A stretch of 64,000 nucleotides of DNA, from assembly GCF_009914755.1 (NCBI RefSeq), contig NC_060944.1. One strand, 5' to 3'. Both the position numbers and the translations under genes were made by a program. The notes below the pieces were generated by a model. It did no database searches. It was given only the letters and a program-made list of their open reading frames with translations, and was not told the DNA's origin. This DNA is from the human T2T-CHM13v2.0 reference genome, Homo sapiens. This document shows, one piece after another, positions 20,400-40,554 of the stretch; position 1 is the first letter of the stretch; the number at the start of each line of letters is the position of its first letter.

Positions 20400-21199
20400 C
20401 AGAGTGCAGGACAGTTCTCCTGGTGGCCTTGGACCAACCCAGCTCTTCCCCCTTTCTTGCTTGTAGTTCTCAAAATAACTGTAGAATGTGCTGGGAATGT
20501 AACATCCTGTGATAAGGAGGGATTGGCTGCAACTGCCTGCGCTCTGTTCCAGTCCTTGTCAGAAACAGGATGTCCTGTCTGGGCTCGGTGGCTCACGCCT
20601 GTAATCCCAGCACTTTGGGAGGCTGAGGTGGGTGGATCACCTGAGGTCAGGAGTTCAAGACCAACCTGGCCAACATGGTGAAACCCCGTCTCTACTAAAA
20701 TACAAAAAATTAGCCTGGTGTGATGTTGGACGCCTGTAATCCCAGCTACTTGGGAGGCCAGGCAGGGAAATCGCTTGAACCTGGGAGGCGGAGGTTGCAG
20801 TGATCCGAGATCGTGCCACTGCACTCCAGTCTTGACCACAGAACGAGACTCCGTCTCAAGAAAAAAAAAAAAAAAAAAAAAAAAAAAGAAACAGGATGTC
20901 CTTCAACACTTTAGTCCAGTGAATCATGTATCTCCGGGGTATAAAGCCCAGGTGGGCTGCTTCTTGGGAGCCCTCAGTTGCAGTGCAAGTGGGGCATGCA
21001 CAGTTGAGACTCCATCTGCCCCAGGCTGCTTTCCTGAGCCTTAGGTGACCAGCTCACAATGAACCCTAGGCTTCTGTTATCCCTTGGTGCCTATCTGTAA
21101 GTAATAGATCCTCTTCATGTAACTTGTTGCATATGTGGGTGTTTTGTCTCACTGGACTCAGACAAGTTGGTAACTAAGTGCACAGTGAACCTGCTTCAT
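20400..21199 (+). mobile_element. Solo LTR (LTR47-like, tentative) split by AluS 20577-20887
   Basis: gcaggacagttctcc...aataactgtagaatgtgctgggaat...gtataaag...gtgaacctgcttca; 16-nt Alu TSD agaaacaggatgtcct (20561-20576 / 20887-20902). Confidence 0.7.
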
Positions 21200-21582
21200 G
21201 GAGATAATTACTCAAAATATAAATGTGTGATGAATTATCAGAGTGAACAGCTTTGTGCCATGAGGCAGGTAAAGAAATGAGACATGGCCAGCACTACCAA
21301 AGCCCCTTTCATGAAACATAAGTTCCTCCCACTTTCAAAAGGACTTGACTTCTAACACTATCATTTTTAATTTGTTTGCCTATCACGAACTTTCCATATT
21401 TGGAATCTCACAGAATGTGTTCTTTGAAGCTTGGCTTCTTTTGTGAAGCATTATATTCATGAGATGCATTATGTCGTTGTGTGCGGTAGTAGCTCATGCA
21501 TTTTTATATATAATACATTTTTCTTATCTGATCTTTTTTTTAATTTTAATTTTAATTTTTTTTTTTTTTTTTTTTTTTTTGA

Positions 21583-21687
<105 letters not shown>

Positions 21688-21746
21688 TGAGTAGCTGGGA
21701 ATACAGGCACCTGCCACCATGCCCGGCTAATTTTTTTGTATTTTGA

Positions 21747-21881
<135 letters not shown>

Positions 21882-21884
21882 TGA

Positions 21885-22124
<240 letters not shown>

Positions 22125-22463
22125 TGAACTCCTGATCTTAGGTGATCCACCCACCTTGGCCTCCCAAAGTGCTGGGATTACAGGCATGAGCCACCGCGAC
22201 ATTTGGGTTGTTTCTAGTTTGTGGCTATTATGAATAAATATTGCAATGAGCATGCTTGTCACATGGTGCACATGTGAACACATTTTGATTGGTATGTGCC
22301 TGGAGGTGGAACTGATGGCTCATAAAGTCACATCAACTTCAGGTGATAATATGAACCAGCTTCCCAAAGTGGTTGTACCAATGGACATACCCTCCAGCAG
22401 GTATAAAACTGTCTGGACTCTGTTCTAGTCCCCTTCAGAAACAGGATGTCCTTCAATACATTA

Positions 22464-22793
<330 letters not shown>

Positions 22794-23479
22794 TCAAATA
22801 AATAAAAATAAAAATAAAAATAAAATAAAATAAAATAAAATTGGTGTTCTTGCATCCTTAGATGTGTGTATGGCATTCACAGGTAAAGCCATTTAGTCTT
22901 GGAAGATTTTTTAAATTGCAGATTTAATTTATTTATTATAGGATTATTCATATTTTCTTTTCTTTCTTTTTTTTTTCCTGTTTCACAGGAAACAACTTTT
23001 GGCTTCATGATCCTCTCTTTTGTAAGTATATTCTTAATTTTATTAACTTCTGTTCTTATCTTTATTATTTTCTTTTTTCTACTTTGTTTAGGCTTAATGT
23101 ACTGTTCTTTTTCTTTCTGAGGTGGGTGCTTCTTAATTTTGGCTTTCCTCCTTTCTAACATGTGCCTTTAAAGCTATGAATTTTCCTTTAATCATGGCCT
23201 TGACTTCCTCTCATAAGTTTTAATGTCTGCAGAATCTGTAGTGATGTCCTGTTTCAGTCTTGATATTGGTAATTTGGGCCTTCTCTTTCCTTTTGTTCAC
23301 CTTACTAGAGGTTCATTACTTTTATGATTTTTTTTTTCAAAGAACCAGCTTTTTGTTTCACTTACTTTTCTCCAGTTTTCCTGTTTTCCATGTCATTGAT
23401 TTCTACTATTATCTTTAGTATTTCCTGCCTTCTGTTTGCTTTGAGTTTAATTTGCTCTTCTATTTTCTAGTTTTGAAGC

Positions 23480-24408
<929 letters not shown>

Positions 24409-24765
24409 AGTTTCACAGATGTGAGGTCAGATTATTGATTTGGGACATTTCTTCTTTTCTGATGTAAGCATTTAGTGTCCTAAATTTCCCTCTCACCACT
24501 GTTTAAGCTGCATCCCACAAATTTAGATGTGTTTTCATTTTCACTCAGTTGAATAAATGTTTTGATTTCTCTTGAGACTTCTCTGCGACTCAAGGATTAT
24601 TTAGAAGTGTGTTTTTTAGTTTCCTAGTTTTTGGAGATTTTCTCGTGACCTTTCTGATTGATTTCTAGTTCGATTCCACAGGGGTTGGGGAACACACTTG
24701 GCATGATTTCAATTCCTTTAAATTCGTTCAGGTTTGTTTTATGGCCCAGGATATGGTATATGATT

Positions 24766-25200
24766 ATGAAAGGAAAATAAAAACTCGGGACCCCAATTCA
24801 CCAGGCCAGAAGAAAAAAATTAAGCTGAGAGCCGAATCACGCAAGAAGCTGCCTTTCATTTTGTTCCTAAGCAGACAGCTACAGATAACAGGTTAAATTA
24901 TCTCCAAAGGTAGCTACTCCGTGTTCCCCTTACCTTAACGATTTGCTGAGCCTGAGACGAATACGTCTTGACTCTTTCTCTACTTGCTCCTTTTCTCTTG
25001 CAACATGTGGAGGACTGTTCCTCTCCAGCCCACTTTTCCCCTTTAAATACTGATGCCCTTAAATTCATCTTTAGAGAAAGGCACAGACCACAGACTGTTT
25101 CTGTGATTCTGAGTTTACTTCTTCTGGGCATGTCCTTAACCTTGGCAAAATAAACTTCTAAATTGATCGATGCCTGCCTCAGCAGCTTTTTGGTTTACGT
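24766..25200 (+). mobile_element. ERV1 solo LTR (MER4 family)
   Basis: tgaaaggaaaataaaaactcgggaccccaattcac...cttggcaaaataaacttctaaattga. Confidence 0.75.
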
Positions 25201-25685
25201 GATCTTGGTACACAAGCCACAGGTGCTTGAAAAGAATAATATGTCTTCTGTTTTTGCTGGGTGGAGTGTTTTATAGATGTTGATTAGATACTGTTGACTG
25301 ATGATGGTGTTGAATTCTTCTATATCCTTGCTGATTTTCAGTTTAGTTCTATCAGTTGTTGAGAGAATAGTGTTGAAGTCTCCAGCTCTAACTGTGTATT
25401 TGTTTATTTTTGTCTTTCGGTTCTGTTTCTTATATTAATAAACTTTATTTTTAAAACAGTTTTAAACTTAAAGAAGCAAGAAGATAGTCTCCCATCCCCC
25501 CAATTTCCCTTATTATGCACATTTTACATTAGTATAATACATTTGTCATAATTAATGAACCAATATTGATACCTTATTATTAACTAAACTCCATCATTTA
25601 TGCAGCTTTCCTCATATTTTCCCTAATGTCCTTTTTCTCTTCTAGAATACCACATTATATTTAGTTGTCTTGTCTCCTTAGGTTC

Positions 25686-27125
<1,440 letters not shown>

Positions 27126-27257
27126 CTTGGCTATGACCTTTTTAAGGCTTTCCTTGTTTTTGATGACCTTGAAATTTTTAAGGAGTAGTAGTCAGGTATA
27201 CTATAGGATCTCCCTCTACTGGATTTTTTTCTGATTTTTTTTTTTTTTTTTTTTTGA

Positions 27258-27559
<302 letters not shown>

Positions 27560-27788
27560 TAGACTTGGGTAATGAGGTTTTTTGGAAGGAAGGTCACAGA
27601 GGTAAAGTGCCATTTTCATCTTATATCAAGGATGCATACTATTGATGTGATTCATGACTGTTGATGTTGAACTTGATCAACTGGCTAAAGTAGTGTTTAT
27701 CAGGTTTCTCCCCTGTAAAGTTATTCTTTTTTCCTTCCTTTCCATACTATACTCAGTGGATACTTATATGAAGTATGGTCACACAACG

Positions 27789-28719
<931 letters not shown>

Positions 28720-28956
28720 TTATACCTTGCTTATCTACATGGGGAAGTTATCCCAGATATTATATCAACTGTCCCTGCCTGTGGTCCACCTTAATTTAGG
28801 AACCCTTGCTGGCTGAAAGGAGGCCAACACTCATCAGTTGTAGAGTCCAGGTCCCTTAGGATATTCCTGGGCTGGTCATGAGTTGCACCCTGGGGTCTCC
28901 TGGTTGGTGGCTAGAGAAGGGTAGAAGGAAATTTTGCCAGAAGAGCCAGTCCTCTT

Positions 28957-29340
28957 GTGATGCACTGGAAAATTTTTGGCAAATATTCAGTCACTTTCCT
29001 CTCCTTGGAGCAGAGTATATTTCCCTGCCCCATTGGCTTTGGGCTTGGCCATATGACTTGCTTTGGCCAGTGAAATGTGGATAGATGATGTGTTAGGAAC
29101 AGAAGCTCTAAAGCTTCACGTATTTGTCATTAATCATGGGAAGAATATGCCCCAGACAGCGGATGGTTCAAGGAGAATACAGAGAAAAGGGGAATGGATT
29201 TGAGCCATAAAAGCCTAGAACCAACACTAGAATCTGCAGACAGAGACCTAAGCAAGAAAAATAAATGCTTGCTATTGTAACCTGTGAATTAAGGGGTGGC
29301 TTGTTTTGTAGCATTACTGTGGCTATAGCTGACTAATACA
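28957..29340 (+). mobile_element. MaLR LTR (MLT1-type)
   Basis: ggccatatgacttgctttggccagtgaaatgtg...aataaatgctt...atagctgactaataca terminus. Confidence 0.75.
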
Positions 29341-29661
29341 CCTTTCTTTAGGGGAGTCATCCAGGCCAAGAGGGAGCTTTCTGGGCACTGGTGATGATAT
29401 GTGCCGTGGATCCACAGAATGGGAAGCTACCCTTACTGCGACTCAGGTCCAGCAAAGGGGCCTGGCAGGAATAGGTCAAGGGCTTCAGGGCCCTGGGGAG
29501 GATGCATTTCATGGCTTGATTCCAGCCCAAGGGGCTGTAGGGAATAGAAGCCAGTGGGCATTCTTTTAGTTCTAATCTATGAGATTGAGGAAAGATCTTC
29601 TGTTCCCACTGCCCAATTCTTGGCTGATGAGGAAGAATTTTATTCTAAATATTCAGAGCTA

Positions 29662-30995
29662 GCTGGGAGCGGTAGCACGCACCTGTAGTCCCAGCTACTC
29701 AGGAGGCTGAAGCAAGAGGATGGCTTGAACCCAGGAGTCCAGCCTGGCAACATAGTGAGACACTGTCTCTAAAAAAATAGATACATAAAAAAATTAAAAA
29801 TAATTCAGAGCTGCTGGCTACTTCTCTTCCATCAGATGAAGACCTGAAAAACTGTGGTGTCTTACCCTGCTCTCAAGATCCCTTCTGATTCCCAACCCAC
29901 AAACTGGTACAGTCCAGTGGGCATGAAGTGTTCACTGGATGTAGAAAGTTCCTGAAAGGGGCTGGGTTTGGTGGCTCACACCTGCTATCCCAGCACCTTG
30001 GGAGGCTGAGATGAGAGGATCACTTGAGGCCAGGAGTTCAAGACCAGCCTGGGAAACATAGTGAGGCCCTGTCTCTACAAAAATTTAAAAATGAGCAGGG
30101 CATGGTGGCATGCACCTGCAGTCCCAGCTACTGGGGAGCCTGAGGTGAGAGAATCGCTTGAGCCGAGGAGTTCAAGGCTGCTGTGAGCTATGATCACACC
30201 ACTGCACTCTAGCTTGGGCAACAGAGCAAGACCCTATCTCCCACAAACAAATAAACAACAAAAAAGAAAGTTCCTGAAGGGGATCAGGAGAATGGAGGAT
30301 CACGACTGTGTCCTCAGCTACTCAGAAAGCAATGTGTGGGCAGCAGGACAGTGGCTGGAGGTTTGATGATTGGATGGACTCTTCTTGGAGTTAAGGGTGG
30401 GGTATATGCATTGGAGAGGGCTGAGCCTTTTCCTTCCCCACCTCTGGCCAGGGGTGCCTTTGATGCACAGGGTAACACTCTGGCAAGAGCTCTGAGTCTT
30501 TTAATTCAGCTTTGTTAACTCTGGAGTCCCAACTGTTTGCAGATGGCTGGCTGATATCCTCATTTTTAAAGACCTGCTTTGAATTTTTATCCTCTTTTCA
30601 GCTCTTCATTGGTATTTTAAGGGGAGAGGTCTTATAAAGGACTTCAATACCAAGTTGAGTTGGTCGTGTCTGTGTTTGATTAAAAAAAAAATTGGCTGGG
30701 TGCAGTGCCTCACGCCTGTAATCCCAGTACTTTGGGAGGCCGAGGCAGGTGGATCACCTGAGTTTGGGAGTTTGAGACCAGCCTGACCAACATGTAGAAA
30801 CCCCGTTTCTACTAAAAATACAAAAAAATTAGCTGAGCGTGGTGGCAGGCACTTGTAATCCCAGCTACCTGGGAGCCTGAGGCAGGGGAATCGCTTGAAC
30901 CCAGGAGGCGGAGGTTGTGGCGAGATCATGCCATTGCACTCCAGCCTGGGTAACAAGAGCGAAACTCCGTCTCAGAAAAAAAAAAAAAAAAAAAA
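29662..30995 (+). mobile_element. Alus (monomer 29662-29800, AluJ 29960-30265, AluSp 30693-30995)
   Basis: Alu consensus; TSDs attcagagct and agaaagttcctgaa. Confidence 0.88.
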
Positions 30996-31099
30996 GAAAT
31001 GTCCTGAGGGCTCCTAATAAGGCAGGCAGTTCTAGAGGGTAGCTTGGGAAGGGGATGCTAAGTATGGGTTGAGTGCGTGGGAATGCTAGCGTAGCTCCA

Positions 31100-31580
31100 A
31101 AATCTTCATCTCCAGAATCTCTCCACCTGTTCTCTTCACTCCCACCCCCATTCCTCTGGCAAAGCCGCCATCATCTCTTGCGTGGACTGTTGCAGTTGCC
31201 ACAGTAAATGGCATCCTTGCTAATTTTTGACACTGCCAGTTATCCTCTTATGGCAGGACTTTTGCACTTGCTGTCTCCTCTGCCTTGGATGCTCTCCTCA
31301 GGGATCTGTGTGGCTCACTCCCTTACCGTCTTCACACATCACCTAGCTGAGAACTTCCCTGAGTGTTGGATCTAAAAGTGCAATTTCCCCATCCCCAACA
31401 TTTCCTGTTATATTTCTTTTGCTTATCACCATCTCACCTGCCATATATGTTGTTTATTACCTATCACCCTGTTCTAGAACAAGAACTCCATGGTGGCAGG
31501 TTTCTTTTCTTTTACACACTGCTGTATCCCCATCTACTGCGCAGATAGTAGGTGTTCAGTAAATACTACCAAATGCATGC
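31100..31580 (+). mobile_element. L2 fragment
   Basis: tttgcacttgctgtctcctctgcc...cactgctgtatcccc...tagtaggtgttcagtaaata. Confidence 0.7.
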
Positions 31581-32349
31581 ATTTGATGACCTCACCTGGC
31601 CATTTGTTGATGGTTGGAGAGTACTGGCTGGTTGAAGGGTGTCAGAGGGCCCCTATGCCCCACGTGTGAAGGTGCAGTTCATAGCTGGAGTCAGGGGGAC
31701 ACCGACTACCTAACCTGTATGAAGCCCATGTGGTAGGCATTGTAGGCTTGTCCACTAGGGTGACTGTAAGATGCCCCTTAAGAGCTTGGAAAGAAAAGTT
31801 CTTAAGATTGTCTTCTGAGAGTTCTACTCTGAAATGGACCCGCAATGGAGGAGATTAGAGACAAGCAATGTGAACTTAAAGGCACAGAGCAAAATTAAAG
31901 GCTGTGAATGAAGCATGAGTCAGATGGGAGGATGGAGAGGGGATGTATTGGAAACAGAGGCAGGAGGCACCAGGAGGTGGAACCCTGGCCCAGGGATCAA
32001 GTCCTGTGCTTGGTACACTAAATAAATAACTGTTCACTAACTCCTCAGCTTTGCCTGTGAGCTCATGAAGCAGCTTTCAGACCATGGACTGACTTCCCAT
32101 CAAGCTCATTTATTGTCATAAATACATTGGCTTGTTGATGGTTAAGTTATATATCCCACTAAAAATTAGCATATTGGCCTTGGGCTTACAAACTTTACTT
32201 CCTAGTGAGTTAGGAAGTCCATATCAGCTTATATGAGACTGGTCACCAGATCCGCTTTCTGGACCTGTAATACTGAAGAATAGATAAATGACTGGCTGGG
32301 GGCAAGTTCACTGAGCAAATAATACTGCAGTCTTCTGGGATGCGGCTAG

Positions 32350-33048
<699 letters not shown>

Positions 33049-33297
33049 ACCTAAACATCTGGTCAATCTGGGAAGATATCCTTGAAGAAGATGGCTTCTG
33101 AGATAACTTGTTTTTGCTAGGTTCTTGGTGAGAGGGGGACTTCTTAGCTTATGTTGCTTGCAAATTAGATAACTGGATACAGGCTTGAAATGTGTTGACG
33201 GAATGTGTAGCAGACACCAGGAATGCCCACCTGAAATCTATTCTCTGTTTCTTCTTGCTGCCAGAATACTGATTTTGGCAATGATCCTCAATCATCC

Positions 33298-34095
<798 letters not shown>

Positions 34096-36995
34096 GAGCG
34101 AGCTTGGGTTCTTGACTGGCAATACCAGCAACCACCTGTTCTATAACTTGCCAAGTGAGAAAAATAATGCCCCAGGTTTATGCAGCTATTGATCCACTTC
34201 CTTATTGCCTGCAGCTGTGCTCTTAGCTGATCCGGTGTGCTAGGGATGTCATCATTATCTGCCCCGCCCCCACCCTCAGATGCTGGTGCCCAGATGGCTG
34301 TGTTTTGCCCCACATGATCCATCTCGCTCACTCCCATGTGCCCGCCCTCACTGTTCAGACCTGACCCAAAGTTAGCCAATCCATAAGCTGGCCTTTGTGG
34401 CTTGGCTCAGTGCATGAATGGGAACAAGCTGATTCCCTCTCTCAGGAAAAGGAACTGAGATTCCTTTTTCGGGTTCTGGCAGGACAGAAGGAGGTGGACC
34501 AAAACAATATGGTGGAGTCACGTGAGTGGTGAATCCTGGAAGAAACATCCACAGATGTCGTGGCTGAGGTGTCTGCAAATGCTTCTGATGCATCCTTACC
34601 TCCGACTCCTGGCTCTGAAATCTCAGCCTGTTGTGGCCCTAGCTCCTGGATTTCTTCTTGATTCCAAGCATATCTTGCAAGTTCCACTTATTCCTCCCCA
34701 GACCACAGCAATTTTAGAATGTAGGCCGGCATCCTGCTCAGCATTCCCTTTGTTTCACTGCTTCCCAAAAGGGCTGGGGATTGGGGAAGGGAAGAAAGTC
34801 CTGGCCAGACCCTTGAGAGCAGTGCAATGCCCCCCTGCCCAAAGGCCCCGGCACCACTTGGGCCGAGGGAGCGCGGGTCCACTGGGCTCCCGAAAGCCAT
34901 TCTGAGCAGAGAGGCTGCGGGACCAGTTTATCCTTTACAAGCATCTGGTTTTATGCTTTCCTGAAGCCACAAAAAAAAAAAAAAAAAAAAAGGAAAGTTT
35001 TTCCAAGTGGACGGTGAACATGCAACCCCTGGGGGTGTAGTAGGATGGGAATAGAAACAGGGTGAGGGGTGCTCTGAGGAGTTAAAGCTCTGACAGGTCA
35101 CTGAGGGAGGGTGACTGAGGTCCCAAAACTTTCTCCAGGACCTGTTGGCACCCGTTGGAGGAGGGATTAAGGGGCTGGCTTGCAGCATGACAGTCAGGAG
35201 CCTTTGGGGGCAGGGTGGGGCTCCAGATGGGAGGGTTAGGTGACCTGGAGGGCGCCATGGAGGGCGCAGCTGGTTCCTTGCAGCCTCTAGCCCCCAGAGG
35301 ACTGGTGGGACCAGCGGGGGTGAGGGCCTTGCAAGGTTGGTGATGGTGAGCCAGCTGCCAGACGGCAGCAGGGCTGTGTCCCAGAGAAGGGTCAGTGGGC
35401 CAACTCCCAAGATCCAGTATTTAGTAAACACTTAAGCCCAGCCCCAAGCAGCCCTGGGGACAGAGCCCTCTCCCCTGTGGTGGATGCAGGTGCAGATTCT
35501 ATCGTAACCCAGGATGACTGGGTGTGAGCTATGAGGGAGGCTGCAAAAAGTGCAGGGCTTGGCAAAGGATCTGTGTATGGCAGGAGGAAGATGAAGACTC
35601 TGGAAGACAGGGAGTGGAGAGGGCCAGCAGGGTCAGGGGCGTCATCATGCCCAAAGAGAGTAGAGGAGATAGGAGATACTGCAGTAGGCGAGTGGCCTTG
35701 GGGCTTGTATTTGGGGTGTGAACACTAACATCTGGAAGGGTGAACACTAACATCTGGAGCTAGAGACAGCCTCTTGGGAGTCATTTCTGTACAAGTGGTC
35801 ATTGAGATGACATGGAGTGGATAAAACTGTGTGAAGAGTTGAGAAAAAGAGGAATAAAACCCTAGGGAGCATTTAAGAGTGGAGAGAGAAGGCTGTGGAG
35901 GAGGCAGAGAGAGAGTAGGGTCAGCAGGTCAGAAGAGATCCCAGAGGCGCGGCTCAGAGGCAGGGAGGGAACATTCCAGGAATCAGGGAGTGGCCACCAG
36001 TGTGGACTGGAGCAGAGAAGGCGGGGAGGAGACCAGGGAAATGGAAGGTCCCAGGTGACTTGCAAAAGCAGCCCTGGGGATGCTGGGGACAGAGGTCCCG
36101 GGAAGAGTGTGGGAAGAAAGCAAGGTGGGCAGTGAGAGCCCAGCTGGAGAGGGAGGGCAGACTGGAGATGGGGTCCTTGAGTGGGAAGCAGGAATGAAGC
36201 TCTTTAAGGATGGGGAGTGGGCACTTGGGTGAATGCTAGTGTCCTCGGAGGCTTGCTTCTGTCCCTGTCACATCTCACAGGACCATCCCTTTCTCATTCA
36301 CAAACTCCCTCAGGCCTCACCCCATCCCTTGAGGATCATGTAAAGAAATTCCTACTCGCTGGAGACAATGGCCCCATTTTTTTTTTTTTTTTTACATGCA
36401 TCTCAGGGACAGTCTCTCTAATCAGATGTGTGGGCTGGGCTGGGGATCTGAGCACCTGAGGACCCAGGAAATGGTACAGTGAATGCACTTCTTTCAGATG
36501 GTCTCCAAATCACTAGTAAGAGGCTGCCTCCTCCAGAAGGTCTGTTGCTGTTTTCTCCCATCCTCTTGGCCATTCTATGACCCTTTGCCATGTCCCAGAA
36601 CCAAGGTCAGCAGCACAGTGCTTTACTGATGATTAGAACAAGGTACCTGGATGCCCTTGCTGTGGCATGATCTATCTAGGGGCTCTGAAGCCCTCCTGCA
36701 CCTCCTGTAGGCTCACAACCTGGTGCAGGGATACCGGAGGAGGAGGTAGCTGTGTGCAGGGGGCCCCTGTGTCCCAGAGACAGGCTGAGGCTCAAACATC
36801 AGACATATTTTCCAGATTGATTACCATGCCTAGAGCAAGTATAGGGCAAGCCACTGGCCTTCCTGCCTCCACTCCCACTGGGTTAACCGGGGCAGGGAGG
36901 CCCACAAATCCTCCTGATGAAGGCTCCCTTCCCACCCTCCCCTTTTGTCCCCACTGTTGACTTTCTGTGGGATCAGCTGCCCTGGCATGTGGGAC

Positions 36996-37933
<938 letters not shown>

Positions 37934-38939
37934 GGAACAACTTTCACTCTGCTTAGAGACCCTCTGCAAACCCAAGGCTGCTGTTGAAACAGGTCCTGTC
38001 CCAGACGCCAATGTTCAATTCTTTGACACTGCGGTCTGCCCCCTTACTGACCACTGATTTGACAGATGGCCCCTACCTCTGCCAGAAGACAGTGAGGGCT
38101 GTCCGCTGGTGTCCCCAGCTTTGGGGCAGCCAATGTGCTGCAAAGTGGAGCCCTCTTTGGAGTATGCAACATTCTGTCAGCACCCAACATACTCCCACCC
38201 ATAAACTTTCCTTCCTGTGCCTCCAGGGAGGCCAGGCCTGAAAGCCCAGAACCTGCTGTAGACTCACTGTGTGAAATGTCTGCTCCAAGCCCTGATACTG
38301 GCTGCCTTTTTAACTCTGTAAAACTTGGGTGAGATGCCTGAAATTGTGGGTGACCTTTTAGATAGACTACCTGCCTAGTAAAGAATGGAAACTTTGGGCT
38401 CAAAATACTGGTCTATGTGGCCCCAGCAGCTGGGTCATCCAGTTCAGAGCACCCCCAGACACCCCAGTGTATTGTCTAACCCACTGTCCTCCCAAGGGTC
38501 CACTGGACCGCAGACATCACCCCCATGCTGGTTGGAAGTATGTGGTTGATACTATCCAGCTGAAGACTGAAATGCTTGCAATCTCATGGGAATATGACAA
38601 GTAGGAATATGACATTTTACTCAAAGCTAACAAGCATGGTTCCTAGGTATGGGTTCTTTTCCTAGCCATGTACAGCTATCTACTCGGGCTTGTATATCTT
38701 TTCATGTAAACTTATGTTTCACCCATTTACCTGATGGCCGCCTTCCTCACTGAGGCCCTCAGAGCATTACATAAGCATCTGGGGAGACTGACAAAGGGAC
38801 AAATTGTGCTTAGGATCACTATTTGGTTCACAAGACCGATCATGTGAGTTTTAAAACCTAACAACCCCCCCCCAGGTCCTTTGGTCATGCTAAAACTCCC
38901 AACAGACAGCAGCCATCAGTTAAAGAGTCAGTTAAGTTG

Positions 38940-39842
38940 AAACTAGAAAGGCAAATGTAGACCCAATCTATTCTGTTGCGGGCCTTTAGTTCTTGACAGA
39001 CTTTAGGGGAAAAAGTATTTTTTTTTTAATGGGTTATGGGCTAAAGAGGGACAGTTTGCACAGCTTGGACAAAATAGAAGTACTCTTACCAATAAATATG
39101 TCTCAAAATGACAAATAAAGCTCTCCAATTGGTGGCTTGGAATCCCAGCAAGAAGTGATGGGCACAGGCACGATGAGCTATGTACAGAGTGTAAACAGTA
39201 AGGCCCTTGAGGGGAAGTAATAAGGGGTAGGGGCCAGGTGATGGGGTGTGCACGGAGGAGCCTGGGTGGCGGACAGCGGGCCCATGGATAAATACAGCAG
39301 GCTTGTATGACGGCTATACAATCTGCCACCAAAGCTTGTGGGTGGTGGTAGGTCCACTGGGTTCCTCCAGTTGGCAGTAAGAAGGAGAAATTTGTCCACT
39401 GAGGAGCCCTGGTCCCACTGACTTTTTCCCTAAGGGAGGCACTGGGGTAGCCGGCCAAAGCTTCTGTGCCTATTTCCCAGAAGAGGAGGGGCAGGCCTTC
39501 CTGGCCATGCTTGGGGCTGTCTACTCAGGGTTCAGGGCATGGAGGATGGGGCAGTGTTTCTCAAATAGGGATTGGGAGCAAAAGGCCCCACGGAGCCCGC
39601 AGCCTCTCCCTTCTAAGAAAAGAGTTCTGGGCACCTGAGTCCAGCAGGGGGCCCCATTACTTTTCACCTTTCAAGGGCTCCAGCCTCAAGCTCTGCCCAG
39701 TTCCTCAGGGATGTCACAGAGCAGCTGCCCTGATCAGTTTCCGGGTCTCCGATTTGCACGGGGGCTCTTAGAACACCAGCCCGCCTCTCTGGTCCCCCTT
39801 ACCCCCAAGCCCAGCACACTCCGCGGCCTAGCTCTGGGGTCC
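38940..39842 (-). other. ADRA1D: ADRA1D 3' UTR (distal end approximate)
   Basis: Repeat-free stretch after the stop; minus-strand ATTAAA at 39030-39025, variants ACTAAA 38990-38985 and AATAGA 38972-38967. Confidence 0.65.
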
Positions 39843-40520
39843 TTAAATATCGGTCTCCCGTAGGTTGCTGTAGTCGGCCAATTCGTAGGCCTGGCAGGTG
39901 GCGCCCTCGGCCACCTCGTGTGGGACGCCTAGGGACACAGCCTCCACCTCTGAGCGCTGGGCGCACGCTGCCTCTGCGCGCTGCGCGCCCCCGGCGCGGA
40001 TCTTGTGCGACAGGCTGGAGACTTTGGCGCGCAGCTGGGTCGTGGGTCTCCGGAACGGCCCCAGCAGCCTCCACTCGCGGAAGGCGCTGGGTGGCTTTCG
40101 ACGGCTGGCGACCGGAGCCTGCATCTCGGGCGTGCCTGGGGGTTCGGGGTCGGGGTCGGGGAGCGCGGTGAGGGCCAGCGGCGCTCCGGGGGGCGCGTCG
40201 CCCGAACTCGGGGCGCAGTCCTGGCGCAGGCCGCTGGTGGAGGCCCGCCAGTGGTGGCCGTAGACACGCCAGAGAGGGCGGCGGCGCCGGCGACGACGGC
40301 ACTGGCAGCGCAGGAGACGGAGGAAGGCGCGCTTGAACTCGCGGCTGGAACAGGGGTAGATGAGCGGGTTCACGCAGCTGTTGAAGTAGCCGAGCCAGAA
40401 GATGACCTTGAAGACGCCCTCCGATGGCTTCAGCTGCGGGAACAAGGAGCCTGTAGGGAGCAGAGACCGATACTGTTTAGCTGCTTGGGGAGGGGGAGGC
40501 CAGGCGGCTCTGGGCGCAAA
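39820..40520. other. CpG island over ADRA1D terminal exon
   Basis: Very high GC with dense CpG compared with flanks. Confidence 0.85.
39843..40450 (-). CDS. ADRA1D: Alpha-1D adrenergic receptor, terminal coding exon (ECL3, TM7, C-tail)
   Basis: Acceptor ctacAG at 40452-40451; [16 protein letters not shown] (NPxxY), Arg-rich segment after helix 8, C-terminal PDZ ligand ETDI; TAA 39845-39843. Confidence 0.98.
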
Positions 40521-40554
40521 GGGGAGACCCTTCAGTAGCCTTGGCTGAGTCATT

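Noticed and set aside
35718-35758. Short tandem duplication GTGAACACTAACATCTGGA x2 (period 22)
   Set aside because: Ordinary slippage duplication in old L2-like sequence; no sign of function.
39799-40538. Several overlapping 80-180 aa ORFs on both strands
   Set aside because: Shadow frames of a very GC-rich exon with few stop codons.
40451-40553. N-terminal part of ORF 39843..40553 (MTQPRLL...)
   Set aside because: Intronic sequence upstream of the AG acceptor; not a true start.
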